A DNA stretch of 64,000 nucleotides from contig CP075494.1 of NCBI GenBank assembly GCA_021613535.1, positions 12,648,001 through 12,712,000 on the forward strand. The letters are read 5' to 3'. This document shows, one piece after another, positions 27,140 through 40,740 of this stretch (the first letter of the stretch is position 1; each line of letters begins with the position of its first letter). This DNA comes from Adineta vaga. Taxonomy: Eukaryota; Animalia; Rotifera. The position numbers and the translations under genes are program-made. Under the pieces are notes generated by a model, which was given only the letters and a program-made list of their open reading frames with translations, ran no database searches and had not been told where the DNA came from.

Positions 27140-30100
27140 CTAGGCCAGTGGAGATGATATTGCTTGAATTAATTCATCCAGTAATAATGAAATAATTGTA
27201 TCTGATGTTGTTTCAATGAGATTATCATTCGATGAAATAGAATGAGTACAACGTTTTTTAGTAACGATTGGTGATGAAATATGATTCTTATTACGTAAAC
27301 GTTTACTACCACGATTTGTATTTGTTTCATTGATTGTTGGTTGTTGAAAGAATTGATCAGGTGAAACTTTTGTTTCATGTGGAATTAAATTTGGATGATG
27401 ATAATGACAATATATTTTCTCGATAATACCATCGATATGAGACGATTTTTCTTCCAATTGTTTACCTGTAAGTTTTGATGAATGAATTGTTGAACGTCGA
27501 CGAGTAGTTTGTTGATAATATTCTTTTTGATGTGGCTAAAATATTTGAAATCATATTTTTAGATAAATAAATTCTAGATTTATACCTGATAATCTCTTTT
27601 AATCGATAGTTTTTCAATATAATTATCAAAACAATATGATTTTGTATTAATTCCAATATGTTTTGATTTAGGTAAACGTGTAAATGTTCGTGCTAATTTA
27701 TCCACACGATATTCACATATAAATAGATCTGTTGATAAAATTCGACTACCATATTCACATATGGGTTTCCCTTTACAAAATGTTCCGGGATCTAATACAT
27801 AACATGGACGAATAATTGATGTTAATTCAATTGAATCCGACGTTGATGGAAAACGAAACACTTCATTGGGAAAAAATTTACGATTTACTTCATGAAATGT
27901 TTCATATGGACGTAAATAATAGAAACCAGATGCTCGTACAATGTTATTCTCATCGATCCAAAGACGTTCAATACAAAAAATATCATATGATGTTGAGAAT
28001 GGCGATATCGATTGTTTATCTACTTCTTCTTGTTTCAAAATAAAATAAGATTCATTAACACGAACACTCAAACCATCCGAACGTGTTATTGTTAAGTATG
28101 AAGATTGATTGACATCAGGAATACATACATTCGTTTTAAGACAATCGGACGGATTTTGTTCACAAAGAGGATGACATTCAAAACAAAAATAAGGACGAGA
28201 TGTATCTGTGACTGTTACACATGCAGCATGTTGCCATAACTAAAGAAATGAAAACACAATGTGTGTTCGTCGATAGTTAAATAATAAATTTTACTTGACA
28301 AGCATAACATTGTATGAGTAATGTTTCATCATAAACAGATGTACATCGACAGTGAATAATAGAATCATTTGTACACGTATTTTTTGTTGTTCGATGTGTA
28401 CTCGTTGTAGTAGGAGTAACTGTTTTATAAACAATCGGTTGGGTATTATCCAAATCATAGATAATGTCATACATCGTTTCTCTAACTTGACCATCGATCA
28501 CTTCTTTTTCATGGAAACATGTGAGAAAATCTTTAAAAATATCGAGATTTCTTTCGTTTTGATTTTGATCATTTATATTATTGAATAAATTAATCGTCAA
28601 TTCATAATGAACTTTTAAAATATCAGTAAAATATCGTTGTAATTCGTTTACAGCTCGTCCAACATCTGAATCTTCACCACAATACGTCTAAAAGAAAAAA
28701 CGAACTTTCTATCATTTTCAATACCAAGTACAACTCAACATACGATAGCATTTGTAAATAATAACAAAAAATCATGTTCGAATGATTCATATGAAAAATA
28801 TTCTCCATTATCTAATTTATTACGTATAATTGATAAATCAATTGGTTTCGAAATAATTTCATAATACATCGGAAAAAGACGTTTTAATGGACATTTTTTC
28901 AATGCATTCGATGGATGTATATCACTATTATAGCATTTAAAATTTAATAATAATTCGAACATATCATTGAGTATGAGCGTTAACTGTGCTAATTGAGCAT
29001 AATAACATGTTTTATCAATTAACTCGAGATAATATTGACCAGTTTTACCAAAATGTGATCGACGAATATGATTATAGAATACATTCAATAGATCTAAATA
29101 GAATTTCTTATAAATATTTCCATAGAAATGTGTGTTACCTTTATGAGAGAGAATTTCTGTATGATGTCTTTGTTCCGAAGAATTTCGATGAAAGTAATTT
29201 TGTGCAAAGAAAAGTGGTGATAATGGGTGATCGTTGTGTTGTTTTTGTTGATTATTATTCTTATCTTTAAATTCGTTTTGTTCTTTGATTCTTCGAAGAT
29301 TACGTTTGAGAAAAATAAATGATTGGGAGACAATTTGTTTTTCATCTTCAGTTAATTCTTCCATTTTTATGATATTTTTATTCAGATGATGTTTTTTAGT
29401 TGGAGAGAGAAGATGATGTTGTATTGATGGATCAATTGAAATATTCCGAATAATTCGTTTATTAGGTAATGGTTGTTTTTGTTTGGATTCACTAGATTTT
29501 TTCTTTTTTGGTGGACTAACAAGTTCTGTAGGCGAAGAAATAGTATTGCCTGATTTTTGATTCAACCAATAAATATCATACGGAAGTTTATAATCAATAT
29601 AGGAGGATCTATTTTCTTCAGATTGAAATATTGCAGTATAAAACGGTGGTAATGAACCTGAAGTTGATTGTTGTCGACGTGAAAGACGACTTTTACTACT
29701 AAAAAATAGAACGAAAAACTTTTGTTTTATTTCTATGAAGAATAGTTGGATTGATGACGTACTTAGTCAATTTTGAATCAATTTCATTGTTTGTTTTATA
29801 ATAATTTGAACGAAGACCATTTTTGATAAAATTTTGCTTGGGTAATTCATCTGGTAATATATCGTCGTCACTAGAAGATTGATAAACATGATTGATGAAA
29901 ATGATTATCATTATTCATATCTTACCTATCTGAATATGAAAGATCTTGAGATTCATTGGTGATAATTTCTGGTGATAATGGCAGTATTATCTTTTTCTTC
30001 TTTGTTTCCGACACTTGTGAATGGATTGTAATCGATGGTTTTCGTTTTCGATTGATAATCGTATTGTTATTCACTTCTTTTTCTGTAGGTGGTGATGTTA

Positions 30101-31362
30101 AAATAACAACTGCTGGAATTTCTTCACTAACACGACGTTCAATCGATGTTATGGCTCGTGGTTTTTCTCTGTTATGTTTATGTTTTAGTCGTCGTCCACG
30201 TTTTCTCGAGTCATGTTCAAAAGTAGATATTGGTGAATTCAGTTTAATCGTCATGGTATCATCGATATCTGTCGGTGATCGAGGATTAATGATAATTGGT
30301 AAATTATTTTGTTTCATGAAAAGTTTTGATTTCGAACCAAAATAATGACCTCGTTGAACAGCAATATGAAAATGTGGATAGTATGTACGTACTAAAAGTT
30401 TTTGCATATGTTCATAATGAAGATTTATTTGTTCTTCACCCGATAATTTTTCTTCAAAGTTAGTTTTTGTTGGTAGAAATATTTGTTTCTTTGGATTTAA
30501 TTGTAGAATATGAAAGATATTCTTTGGTTCATATCGATGTGTTGATGAACTTCGACGATTAACGGACCAATCTATTTTAAATGAAGTCGATGATGTTGAT
30601 GAAATATCTGTTTTGATTGATTCGTCTTTTTTTGTATCAGACAATTTTTGTGATTTTTTGAAATAATCAATTTTAAAGATTTTATTTAAAATATTATGAC
30701 GAGTTTTAAAGAATTGTTGTTTGATTGATGAAGAAAATTTCTTATCAATATGCAAACATGAATGTAAATGGATGGATAATGTATTAACATCTGCATAATC
30801 CAGATAACGATGATCACGTAATTCATCTTCATTATGGCCAGGTAACGATTGAAGATCTGTTGCAATTGGAATTATAGAAATGCTATTTAATGATGAATCA
30901 AAGGATTGACGTTTTCGTAGAGATATATTTTCCTCGTCAATTGTAGTACTGTTAATTGAAGAGAAATCTTTTGATCGTGAAGATTTACGAATAGTGATTT
31001 TCTTATGACGACTTGATGAACGTTTTGAACTTGTAGATTTTGGTGTTGGTGGGGTAGTATATGTAGGTATATCTTCAAATGCTTCTGTAGATGGTGATTC
31101 CGGTGGAAAAATTTCGTCGAAATGAATTGGTTCTGGGGAATGTGATTGATGACCATTTATATTTATAGAAATTGGTGTACTACTGTTCGATGGTGGTTCG
31201 GTTTTACGAATTGTTTCAATCAATTTGAACCAACCACGCATTTGACCAGTTGAATCGACACTTGTCGGTGATAGTTTCGATTTATCCTAGAATTTTTCAA
31301 TTAATATAATAAATAAAGTTAAATAAAAATATGATTACCATATGTTGATTTTCACTCGTCAT
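27140..31362 (-). CDS. ASH1L: ASH1L-like chromatin reader (bromodomain, PHD, BAH) with no SET domain, 7 exons
   Basis: FIKNGLRSNYYK and IDYKLPYDIYW (ASH1 pre-AWS motifs); bromodomain YYEIISKPIDL...FTNAI|TYCGEDSDVGR; PHD IHCRC...IQCYACQ|LWQHAAC...YFCFEC; BAH DIFCIERLW...YYLRPYETFHEVNRKFFPNEVF...FICEYRVDKLARTF. Confidence 0.88.
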
Positions 31363-31953
31363 CGTTTAGGATATTTTATTAAAAGCATTGATCAATTGTG
31401 AAAAGAAAATACGATCGTTACAAAGAAATGTGTTCACTAATAGATATGTACATCGTAGAAAAAAATGACAGATATAATAACGATATTGAAATAAAAAAGG
31501 TAAATTGAACACTTTGGTTTGGTTATGTTTTTCTCTCTTTCGTTCGTTCGTTCGTTTGTTCGTTCTTTCTTCTCTTCTTCTCTCTTCCCTTCTGCTGATA
31601 ATTGTTGTTTATTGTATTTAACCTCTTGTTTATTCTTTATTGTTCTTCGCTATTCCATTGGATAAATGACTCATTTGTCAATCTTTATTTTTCTTGTGTC
31701 CGAGTTTAAATATAAAAAAGTAACCAATAATCAGCAAAACATGTGAAAGATGTCACTAGATAACAATACGATGTAAAAGCTATAAAACAAGAGTGTGTAT
31801 TGATTGATTTTTAGATATCGTTTAATGATCAGAGACATGAAAGATAAATATATATTGATTATTTTATGTATTTCAGCAATTTTAATAGCTAATTACAATG
31901 AGTTTAGTACATTAAGACATTGATCTAAATTGTCGAAAGTTCTATCAATGAAA

Positions 31954-33825
31954 TTAGAGTTTTAGTAATTTCTTTTTCGTACGTAGGAGATTCTTTTTAC
32001 ATCGTTGTATGTCAGGATCAGTTATCGGTAATGAATGATAAGCAATAGTGATAGCACGTTCATAGTAAAAATGTGCATTAGCATAGTCATCAATGCGTTC
32101 ATATATCATACCAATGAAATCATAGTGAAGTACCAAATCAGGATGATTATGAACGATTAATCGTTGTTTGATTGTGAGCGATTTTTCAAGATATAACAGT
32201 GCTTTTGAATAATTCTTTATTATATAATAGACGGTACCGAGGTTGTTGTATAATTTATCTAAATCGGGATACATGGAAAGAAGTGATTGTTGTTGAGTTG
32301 TCAGAAAATTTTCATAATTAGATAAAACTTCTGTAAAGACGATCAGTTTCCGATGTATTTCATCAATGTTTTCGTACAAAGCAGGTAAATTGGTGTGTAC
32401 ACACGAAAATACAGATTGTTCGAAGATTTCAAGTTCTCTGTCATATAATTTCTTCGCTTCTTCATAACTTCCTGGACTATCTTCTGTTTGAATAGGATGG
32501 TGGTTCTGAACAACTTCTTGTACATTTTTGACTTCGTCCATTTTACGTAGGAATAAATCCAGAGAATCTTGTGCCGTTGGTCCTTTTATTTCTTCTCGTA
32601 TTCTTTCAGCAAAATCACGAAGATTTTCATCAGTATCATTAGTTAGTATTAAATTCACCTCATACAAACAAGCATTATTCTCTGTTTGTTTAATGTCTTG
32701 AATACGAAAAACACTGTTCATCGAAAAGAGTACTTCATCATCATCGTCAAAAGTTCCAACATGACGTATGGAAGCAAACGGGACTGTTGCTCGAGATGGA
32801 TCAATTGTCAAAACATAAAAAACTCCTATCATATTAGGATCACCTTGACAACTTTCAGCATAAAGTAGAGCCACATTGCGATCCTTGGTAGCAGATAAAA
32901 AGTTATTAAATGCAAGTAATCCACCTTTGCTATTTTTCATTTGAATTAAATCAGTGTGTGACATAGATTGACCACGATAAACAGTAAAGATATCATTAGA
33001 TTGATGTTTACCGAATTGTTCGGAATGAAGTTGTGCGATTTGAAGATGGAGATCACGAATGTAAAAGCCCATGATAACAGTGAGAGGAATATTCAAAGTT
33101 TGTAATGCTCGATTGATTATTGGAGACAAATAACAATCACGCGTGTAGCAACTAAGAGGTGTTTGATGAGAGTATTCTTGTTCGAATTTTTTAAGAATTT
33201 CTAGCTTAAGATTGTCTCCAGTAAGTAATTGACGAAAGTGAGCAATAAATTTTTGAAAATGTTCTTTTGTGTAGTCGATTTTAAGCAAGATTTCTATAAG
33301 AATCTGCATCTGCATGAATGAAATATCAAGTTTATTCAAGTTATTCTTTACTGCACTGTGATCAATAGGTTGGTTGAATGCTTCACAAACAGAAGTCATA
33401 TCAGAGGAACAACCTTTTACTTTTGACCATTCATCATTCCATTCTTGATTTTTTGCTTCGTTTTTATCAAAGATAAAGATAGTATGAAGTTGATGAATAT
33501 CATGGATCAAAGGTATGAGCCAATGACTTGATGTATTAGGAATGATTAGAGTTACTGTATCATTCCAGCAATTTGTAAGAAAGTCAATACATTGATCAGT
33601 ATCAGTAAAAATGTTGACAGTGTGAACGATGTTTTGTAGTTGTTTGACATTATTTGGATAATTGTCGTTGCTTATATCAGTATCTTGATGTAGCCAAATG
33701 AGAGAATGATTTTTTTCATGATCAGTTGTAGTTTCTTCTTGTCTAGCATTCAAGGAGTCAGGTACTTGTCGGAATACATCAAATACAGTATCTTCTGAAT
33801 TTGTCATAGTGACAGTCGTTGTCAT
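31954..33825 (-). CDS. Intronless ADP-ribosyltransferase-domain plus TPR-repeat protein
   Basis: 623-aa ORF. ART R-S-E motifs VYRGQ, FNNFLSAT, DDEVLF; C-terminal TPRs (LYNNLGTVY...YSKALLYLEKSLTI...HPDL). Confidence 0.88.
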   Translation of the reverse strand: MTTTVTMTNSEDTVFDVFRQVPDSLNARQEETTTDHEKNHSLIWLHQDTDISNDNYPNNVKQLQNIVHTVNIFTDTDQCIDFLTNCWNDTVTLIIPNTSSHWLIPLIHDIHQLHTIFIFDKNEAKNQEWNDEWSKVKGCSSDMTSVCEAFNQPIDHSAVKNNLNKLDISFMQMQILIEILLKIDYTKEHFQKFIAHFRQLLTGDNLKLEILKKFEQEYSHQTPLSCYTRDCYLSPIINRALQTLNIPLTVIMGFYIRDLHLQIAQLHSEQFGKHQSNDIFTVYRGQSMSHTDLIQMKNSKGGLLAFNNFLSATKDRNVALLYAESCQGDPNMIGVFYVLTIDPSRATVPFASIRHVGTFDDDDEVLFSMNSVFRIQDIKQTENNACLYEVNLILTNDTDENLRDFAERIREEIKGPTAQDSLDLFLRKMDEVKNVQEVVQNHHPIQTEDSPGSYEEAKKLYDRELEIFEQSVFSCVHTNLPALYENIDEIHRKLIVFTEVLSNYENFLTTQQQSLLSMYPDLDKLYNNLGTVYYIIKNYSKALLYLEKSLTIKQRLIVHNHPDLVLHYDFIGMIYERIDDYANAHFYYERAITIAYHSLPITDPDIQRCKKNLLRTKKKLLKL

Positions 33826-34422
33826 TTTTGTATTGTTGAGAAAATTCTCCTAAGACAAATTCATATAACATCTACTTCCTTTCTGTTCTGCATTTTTTCC
33901 AACACATTTGTCTTTATTTATTTTCTGTCTCTGTGCACGTTTTTTTGAAGAACAGAAAAAAACCCCATCAAACACATGTTGATAATAAATGAAATAACAA
34001 TGACTCGTTTTTTCGTACCTCTATGACTTTGTTTCATATTATCAATAAACCTTAAGATACAAACTTCCAACTGCATTGCTAACAAATATTTCATGTATTC
34101 ATATTCCGATAAACTGAACAGTGTTTTTCTGACGTCAACATCTCAGTATGTTCGACAAAAGTATAAGACGACATGCTGGTTTGGATTTACGTCTCTCATC
34201 ATTACACAAAGCTATTCATTGAAAATATAAAGAGACAAATGTTTCGAGGTCTGAAACATAATCTGCTCATTTGCACGCAGTAGGAATCAAAACAAAAGAA
34301 TACTTTCAAATTTCAATGGTTCATTAGGGTTTTCTAAGACATTTGTACGTCCACACATATATATATATATACTAGAGTAAAATGATGTAGATCACAATTC
34401 ACTTAGTCTCACTTTTTCACTC

Positions 34423-35538
34423 ATGAGTGCCAGTTCGGTAATCGCTTTTTCAGTTCAATTCAATCGATATGCATCAATTCCAGTATTTATCTGTGGTATT
34501 ATAGGAAACATTTTCAATATTTTGATCTTCACACGTCCACGACTTATCAAAAATCCATGTTCAACATATTTCTTTTGGGCATCAGTTGCCAATATAAATG
34601 TGTTACTATTTGGCTTAGTTTCACGCTTTCTATCCGATGGTTTTGGTATCGATCCAGTTTCGAACAATTTAGGATTTTGTCGATTTCGATATTTTATTCT
34701 TCATTCCTCAATGACTCTTTCATCATGGTTTACTATTCTCGCTGGTATTGATCGTTACTTTGTTAGTTCAAGAAGTGCTCGTCGACGACAACTGAGTAAT
34801 TTGACAAACTCACGCTATCTTGTTGCGTTAACAACATTTACTGGTTTAGCTGCATATTCTCACGCACTAGGTCTATTCACAATCGAAATGCTGAAAACTG
34901 GACCATCTTGTTATGCACAAAGTGGTACTTATCGAATCTTCTATGATTTCTTCTACTTTGCGACCTATAGTTTTACACCACCAATCATAATGATCGGTGT
35001 TGGTTTGGCAACATTTCATAATATTCATCAATTACGCTCGCGAGTAGTGTCTACAGCAACGAGTGAGAGAAATCATAGTCACTTGAAAAGACGCGATCGA
35101 CAATTGATTAAGATGGCTCTTTTACAATTTATATGTACAGCTATTTTAACATTACCAATTGCAATTCAAAAAATATATGCTACTTTTACTCAAAATATCA
35201 GCAAAAATGCTTATCAATTAGCAATTGAAAGTTTTATTACTCAATTGATGAGATTGTTTGTATTTATCAACTCGAGTATTAGTTTCTATGTGTAAGTAAA
35301 ACAAAACCTTTCTATAACTACTAATAAGTGTATTGTTGTTAGATTTATTTCATCAGGAAGTGGATTTCGATATGAATTGGGAGGGATTATTGTTGGATCT
35401 GTTCGATATATATTTGGAGAAGATAGTCGATTGTACGGTCAAATGCAAAACTACTTTGAAACTTCGATTGTCATTAATGTCGATCATTTGAATAGAACGG
35501 CAACTGTCGTTCGCAATAATGTCAAACTTGACAGTTGA
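34423..35538 (+). CDS. Class A orphan GPCR, copy A (2 exons)
   Basis: GIIGNIFNILIF, NPCSTYF, FCRFR, IDRY, TM6 LTLP. Intron after TAT GT|gtaagt; exon 2 from 35343 gives FISSGSGFRYEL...KLDS*. Confidence 0.9.
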
Positions 35539-35811
35539 TTTCAACTATATCTTGGGTCACAGCACCTTGAATGTGCCCAAGCTAGGCATAGCCCCACATC
35601 CACACTCTCCCTCAACTTTTTACTGTAATAAATATGAGAAGCATACGAATAATTTCTCTTCTATTGGAGAGACATTTTTTTATCTATGATAATAAGCACA
35701 GGTATACTTTCGTTTTATTTCTTATCTAAGCTGCAATAAATACAAGTAGGAAACGTGTCGTAACTAAAAAGAAAAGGAAAACGCAAACATTGTTAAGATT
35801 TCTTCTTAAAA

Positions 35812-37715
35812 ATGTCGTTTCTAAATTGCTTCATGGCTGACGAAATACTAACTGAACGCTTTCTTGATGCTGCTGATGAGCCTGAACAAATCTTAACGCC
35901 AGTCGATGAATATCAATATTCTCCTCTTGTTTCAGTAAAAGAAGCGATGGAACCAATTAAATCGCTAATTCATAATTGTGATACAGTGATTGACACAAGA
36001 TGAATCAAGTGCCACTCAACTTTATACAATGCAATGGTCCAAATCACATCGAAATTCATGCACTTTACTGAATGAAAGTCTTCGTTTTGAAGATCGAAAT
36101 TCTCTTAAACCATGGTTTCTTTTTCTGAAATTATTTTTAACTGCCTTGTACAAACTTCCATCATACAAAGGAACAATTTGGCGTGGTGTTCAAGGAAATT
36201 TATCTAATCAATATAATGACGAACATTTTTGATGGGGAATAAGTTCATGCACGAAAACAATGCCGACGATTCAAAAAATTTTGCGAAATGATGATTTTCG
36301 GACTGTTTTAGAATTGAACGTATCTATGGAAAATCAATTCAATCTCATTCGTATTTTAAGAGAGAAAATGAAGTTGTTCTTCGTCCTGAAAGTTATTTTC
36401 AAGTTGTCAGGAAATGGAAAGCAGCAAATGATTTACAGACAATTCATCTACGCGAACAAGCTCCACCATTTGAAACACTTGTATCTCCTTTACCGTCTTC
36501 AGAATTAGCAATACTATTAGCAGAGCAGAGAAGAAACTTGTATCAACAAACAATACAACATCGAACACATAATATCGTAAGTTCTTTTCATTCATTGTTG
36601 TAGTAATAGTTTTGAGGAGAATGATAAAAGTTATTACATTAGACAATTATTAGTTATAATAATATAAAAGAGAATAAGAAGTCAAGAGAAAGATTTATTC
36701 ACTCAAAATATTACTTTGGGAGTACACAAAATATATGGTGCAGAAAGAAAGATAGAACGATTTTGCGAGAATTTTTGTTTTATCCTATGTATCGACAAAT
36801 TAGTACTTTTTAGTATTAAAACTTAAGAAGTGGAAAGGATATGCTGTTACTGTAGCTGGTGGACACAATCGTGGAGAAAGGTTAGATCAATTATGGTGCC
36901 CTCATCGAATCTTTGTTGATGCAAACAAATCAATTTATATTGTGGATTCTTGGAATCATCGTATTGTTCAATGGAAGTATTATGCACGAAGAGGAAAGAC
37001 TATTGCAGGAGGAAATGGACGAGGAAATGGACTAAACCAACTGAATAAACCAGTAGATGTGATTGTTGATCAACGAAATCATTCAATAATCATTGCTGAC
37101 AAAGGCAACAGACGTGTGATTCAATGGTTAGATCAAAATCAACAAATTCTTATTGAGAATGTTCATTGTGGTGGTTTAGCAATCGATAGGTATGGATATC
37201 TTTATGTTTCTGATTGGGAGAAAGACGAAGTGAGACGATGGAGAATAGGAGAAGACAAAAAAGGGACATTAGTAGCTGGTGGTAATGGAAAAGGAGATCA
37301 ATTCAATCAGTTCGATCGACCTATTAATATTTTTGTTGATGATGAACAATCTATTTTTGTCTCAGATACGTCGAATCATCGTGTGATGAAGTGGAAACTA
37401 GGCGCAACAGAAGGTGTAATAGTGGCCGGAGGAAATGGTCAGGGAGACCATCTTAACCAATTATCTTATCCTAGAGGATTAATCGTGGACTTCTGTAACC
37501 AGGTCTATATAGCAGATTCAAGAAATAATCGAATCATACGTTGGTGTGAAGGACGAAGTAATGGTGAAATTATTGTTGATGGATCCGAAAAAGAATATTA
37601 TTCTTGGCGACTGTCTTATCCTACTGGTTTATCATTTGACTTAGAAGGAAATCTGTATGTTTCAGACTGTAATAATCATCGAGTTCAAAAATTCCAATTG
37701 TTAACTCGTAAATGA
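35812..37715 (+). pseudogene. ADP-ribosyltransferase plus NHL-repeat gene; ART half disrupted, NHL exon (36814-37715) open
   Basis: RFLDAADEP...LTQDES..QLYTMQW...LKPWFLFLKLFLTALYKLP...IWRGV...F*WGISSCT...ENEVVL. Frameshift near 35990, premature TGA at 36230-36232, further frameshift near 36310. Six NHL-type repeats downstream. Confidence 0.85.
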
Positions 37716-38046
37716 AAATATTTTGTAAAGAGGAAAAGAAGAGTTTCGATGAAACTTATTGAATTTTGTATTGAAATAAAATCAAGGATTACAGTTAATT
37801 AAAATCTTTCTTATAATATAATACTTGTATGAGTAACGTTTATTTAATATTTCTATAATTCGATCTATTCTATCGCACACATATATTTATACAATCGTTC
37901 TTCAATGTACACGAAACAAAATTATTCATCCATTACATTGGTTTTTTCCTAACGAATTTCTTTCCTACTACTGACTAATTCAGTGTCTATCACAGTAAGA
38001 ATATAAGTAAATATCCAACACATTCTACACGCTTATCTTCATTTAA

Positions 38047-39565
38047 ATGACGACGCCAAAGAATAAAATTCAATGTTTTACATGTAATAAAGACAGAATT
38101 ACTTATTTTTGTAAAGGATGTTCAAAAGAATTTTGTTTATTCCATTTAACACAACATCAACAAATATTAAGTGAAGAATTAAATTTAATGATTGATGATT
38201 TTAATCAATTTAAACAAACAATTAATGAACAAAAACAAACTCATTTAATGATAAAACAAATTGATCAATGGAACAAAATTTCAGTTGAAATTATCCCACA
38301 AATAACTGAAGAGTACGGAAAAAATGTTATTCGAGAAGTAGAAATATTTCTTAGTAATATTGAAAAGAAATTAAATTATACAATTGAACAAATTGAAGAA
38401 ATTCGAGGAGAAAATGATTTTAATGAAATCAATTTAAGTTATTTAAAAGATCAGTTAAGTGAAATGTCAGAAGAATTCGATAATTTAATCAATCTTTCAC
38501 TTGAACAAAACTTACAATCATGTCTTAAAGAAATCTCAAGTAAAAAGGCGATCAGTAAGTTAGAAAATAATTCCATTTCTTTCATCTTTACGGTAGAAGA
38601 GTTATCTGTGTCGATAATATCTTTTGTATTCTTCAGAAACAAAATTTATCAAATGGGAAGAGTATGGTGAGACTGTCGCTGGCGGAAATAGATATGGGTC
38701 CAAATCAGATCAACTCAATGTTCCTTGTAGTATCTTCATTGATAAAAACAAGACTATGTATATTGCCGATTCGTGGAATCATCGTATTGTAGAATGGAAA
38801 TTGGATGCAAAAGAAGGAAGAACTGTTGCAGGTGGGAAAGGAAAAGGAAATCAGATGGATCACTTGTCCAATCCAACAGATGTAATTGTTGATCAAAGAA
38901 ATAATTCATTAATCATTGCTGATTGTGAAAATAGACGTGTTATTCGATGTTTAAATCAACAGCAAGAAACTCTGATTACGAATATTGATTGTCATCATTT
39001 AGCAATAGATAAAGAAGGATTTCTTTATGTTTCTAAGCGAGAAAAGAATGAAGTAAGACGATGGAAAATTGGAGGAGAAGAAGAAGAACAAGGAATATTA
39101 GTGGCTGGTGGAAATAAGAAAGGTAATGGAATGAATCAACTCAATCGTCCTTGTTTTATCTTTGTTGATGATGAACAGTCAATTTATGTATCAGATCAAG
39201 GAAATCATCGTGTGATGAAGTGGAAAAAAGATGCAAAAGAAGGTACGATTGTCGTTGGAAAATATGGTCAAGGAAAGAATTTGAATCAAGTATCGTATCC
39301 TGCGGGATTAAGTGTTGATTCGTTGGGTCAGATCTATATAGCCGATTTTGGAAACAATCGAATAATGCGTTGGTCTGAAGGAAACAGTCATGGTGAAATT
39401 ATTGTTGGTGAAAATGTCAAAGAAGGAGAATCAAATCAATTATGTCGTCCTATTGCTATATCGTTTGATTCTGAAGACAATCTATATGTTGTAAATTGGG
39501 GAAATAATCAGATTCGAAAATTTTCGTCCGTATTGAATGAAAATCTTTTTTGCACCGATGAATAA
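38047..39565 (+). CDS. B-box-like zinc finger, coiled coil and NHL repeats (TRIM-NHL-like); intron 38555-38636
   Basis: CFTC...CKGCSKEFCLFHLTQH, heptad-rich region, then repeats such as TVAGGN..G...QL..P and YIADSWNHRI. Confidence 0.9.
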
Positions 39566-40740
39566 AAGTGGAAAAACAATCTCACGAAAGAACAAGTAAA
39601 CTACAACATCAATTTCATGGGATCAAATGAACAGGAGCGTAACATCATTTACGAAATATTTCAATTTAGAATTTGTTTTAAAAAAGACAATGAAAATATC
39701 TGACGTAAAAGTTTTTTAAATAAGATATGTTTGTATATGATTATAATTGTTGTAAATCTCTTTTTATAAATATAAATTGAATTCTATCCGATAGAAAATG
39801 TTTCTTTAATAATATTTGGAGAAAAAAAAGTTTTCTTTTCAAATTAATGATCAATGCTAGAAAGAATTATTTCGGGACGTTTCATACTTGTTTGTTTTCG
39901 AACCAGGTTAATTACTACTATCTCTCGAATTATATATGTACGCAATTATAACTACTTGAAAATCACACGCTTATACTTTCAAAAGAAATATGAATATTTT
40001 TGAGTGTGAATATCGATAGCCGCTATAAACCCACACCCTCAAGATGCAGGCTGGTGAATAGATCTCCTTCTTCACTCACTCTTATTCAGTTTATTGAGAA
40101 ATCGTTTCTATTGACATTTAGCTCAAGACTTTATTAGAATCATTTCATAATCACTGATGGTTAGTCGTCAATCTCACTATATCGAAATGATGAAAAGCGG
40201 TAATAGTTGTTAAAGGAAATGTATGTAACAGGAAATCAAATCAATCTACAATTCAAATACTTGAAGTCATTGTATTATGCAATGACTATGAAATTTAAAA
40301 GAAAGAGAAGCTAGTGCAGGTACAAACAGAAGTAAATAAGAATTAACTCTTGAGAATTTTTATGCAAAAAAACTTATTTCATCGAAATAAATGCTATTAC
40401 TTTTAGAGGTAAAATTTTCCTATAAAAATTTACAGGTATTATCGACTGTGTAGTTGATCTCTGCCAAAGAAAAAGGAAAGGTTGTGAACTTATAAGACTG
40501 ACATTCCTGCTCTTTCAAGAATATGATTGTATGAAAAGGAGCTTTCCATTTACTTTTATCAGTAAAAACCATACTTATCAGTAAATTCCACTGTCTTGTC
40601 AAAGAGATAACTATGAGTCAAAGTGTCTTGCTGGAGAAAACCTGCATTATTGCTATCATTTATTGAAATCCTTCCTCACTATTATAAAAACCTTAATCCA
40701 AGAAAATAAATCACACAGTACGGATACACAAGAATTTCTA

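Noticed and set aside
36230-36232. In-frame TGA at a Trp position, suggesting recoding or an alternative genetic code
   Set aside because: It is accompanied by frameshifts in the same gene, and other genes use TGA as stop and TGG for Trp. Pseudogenisation is the simpler explanation.
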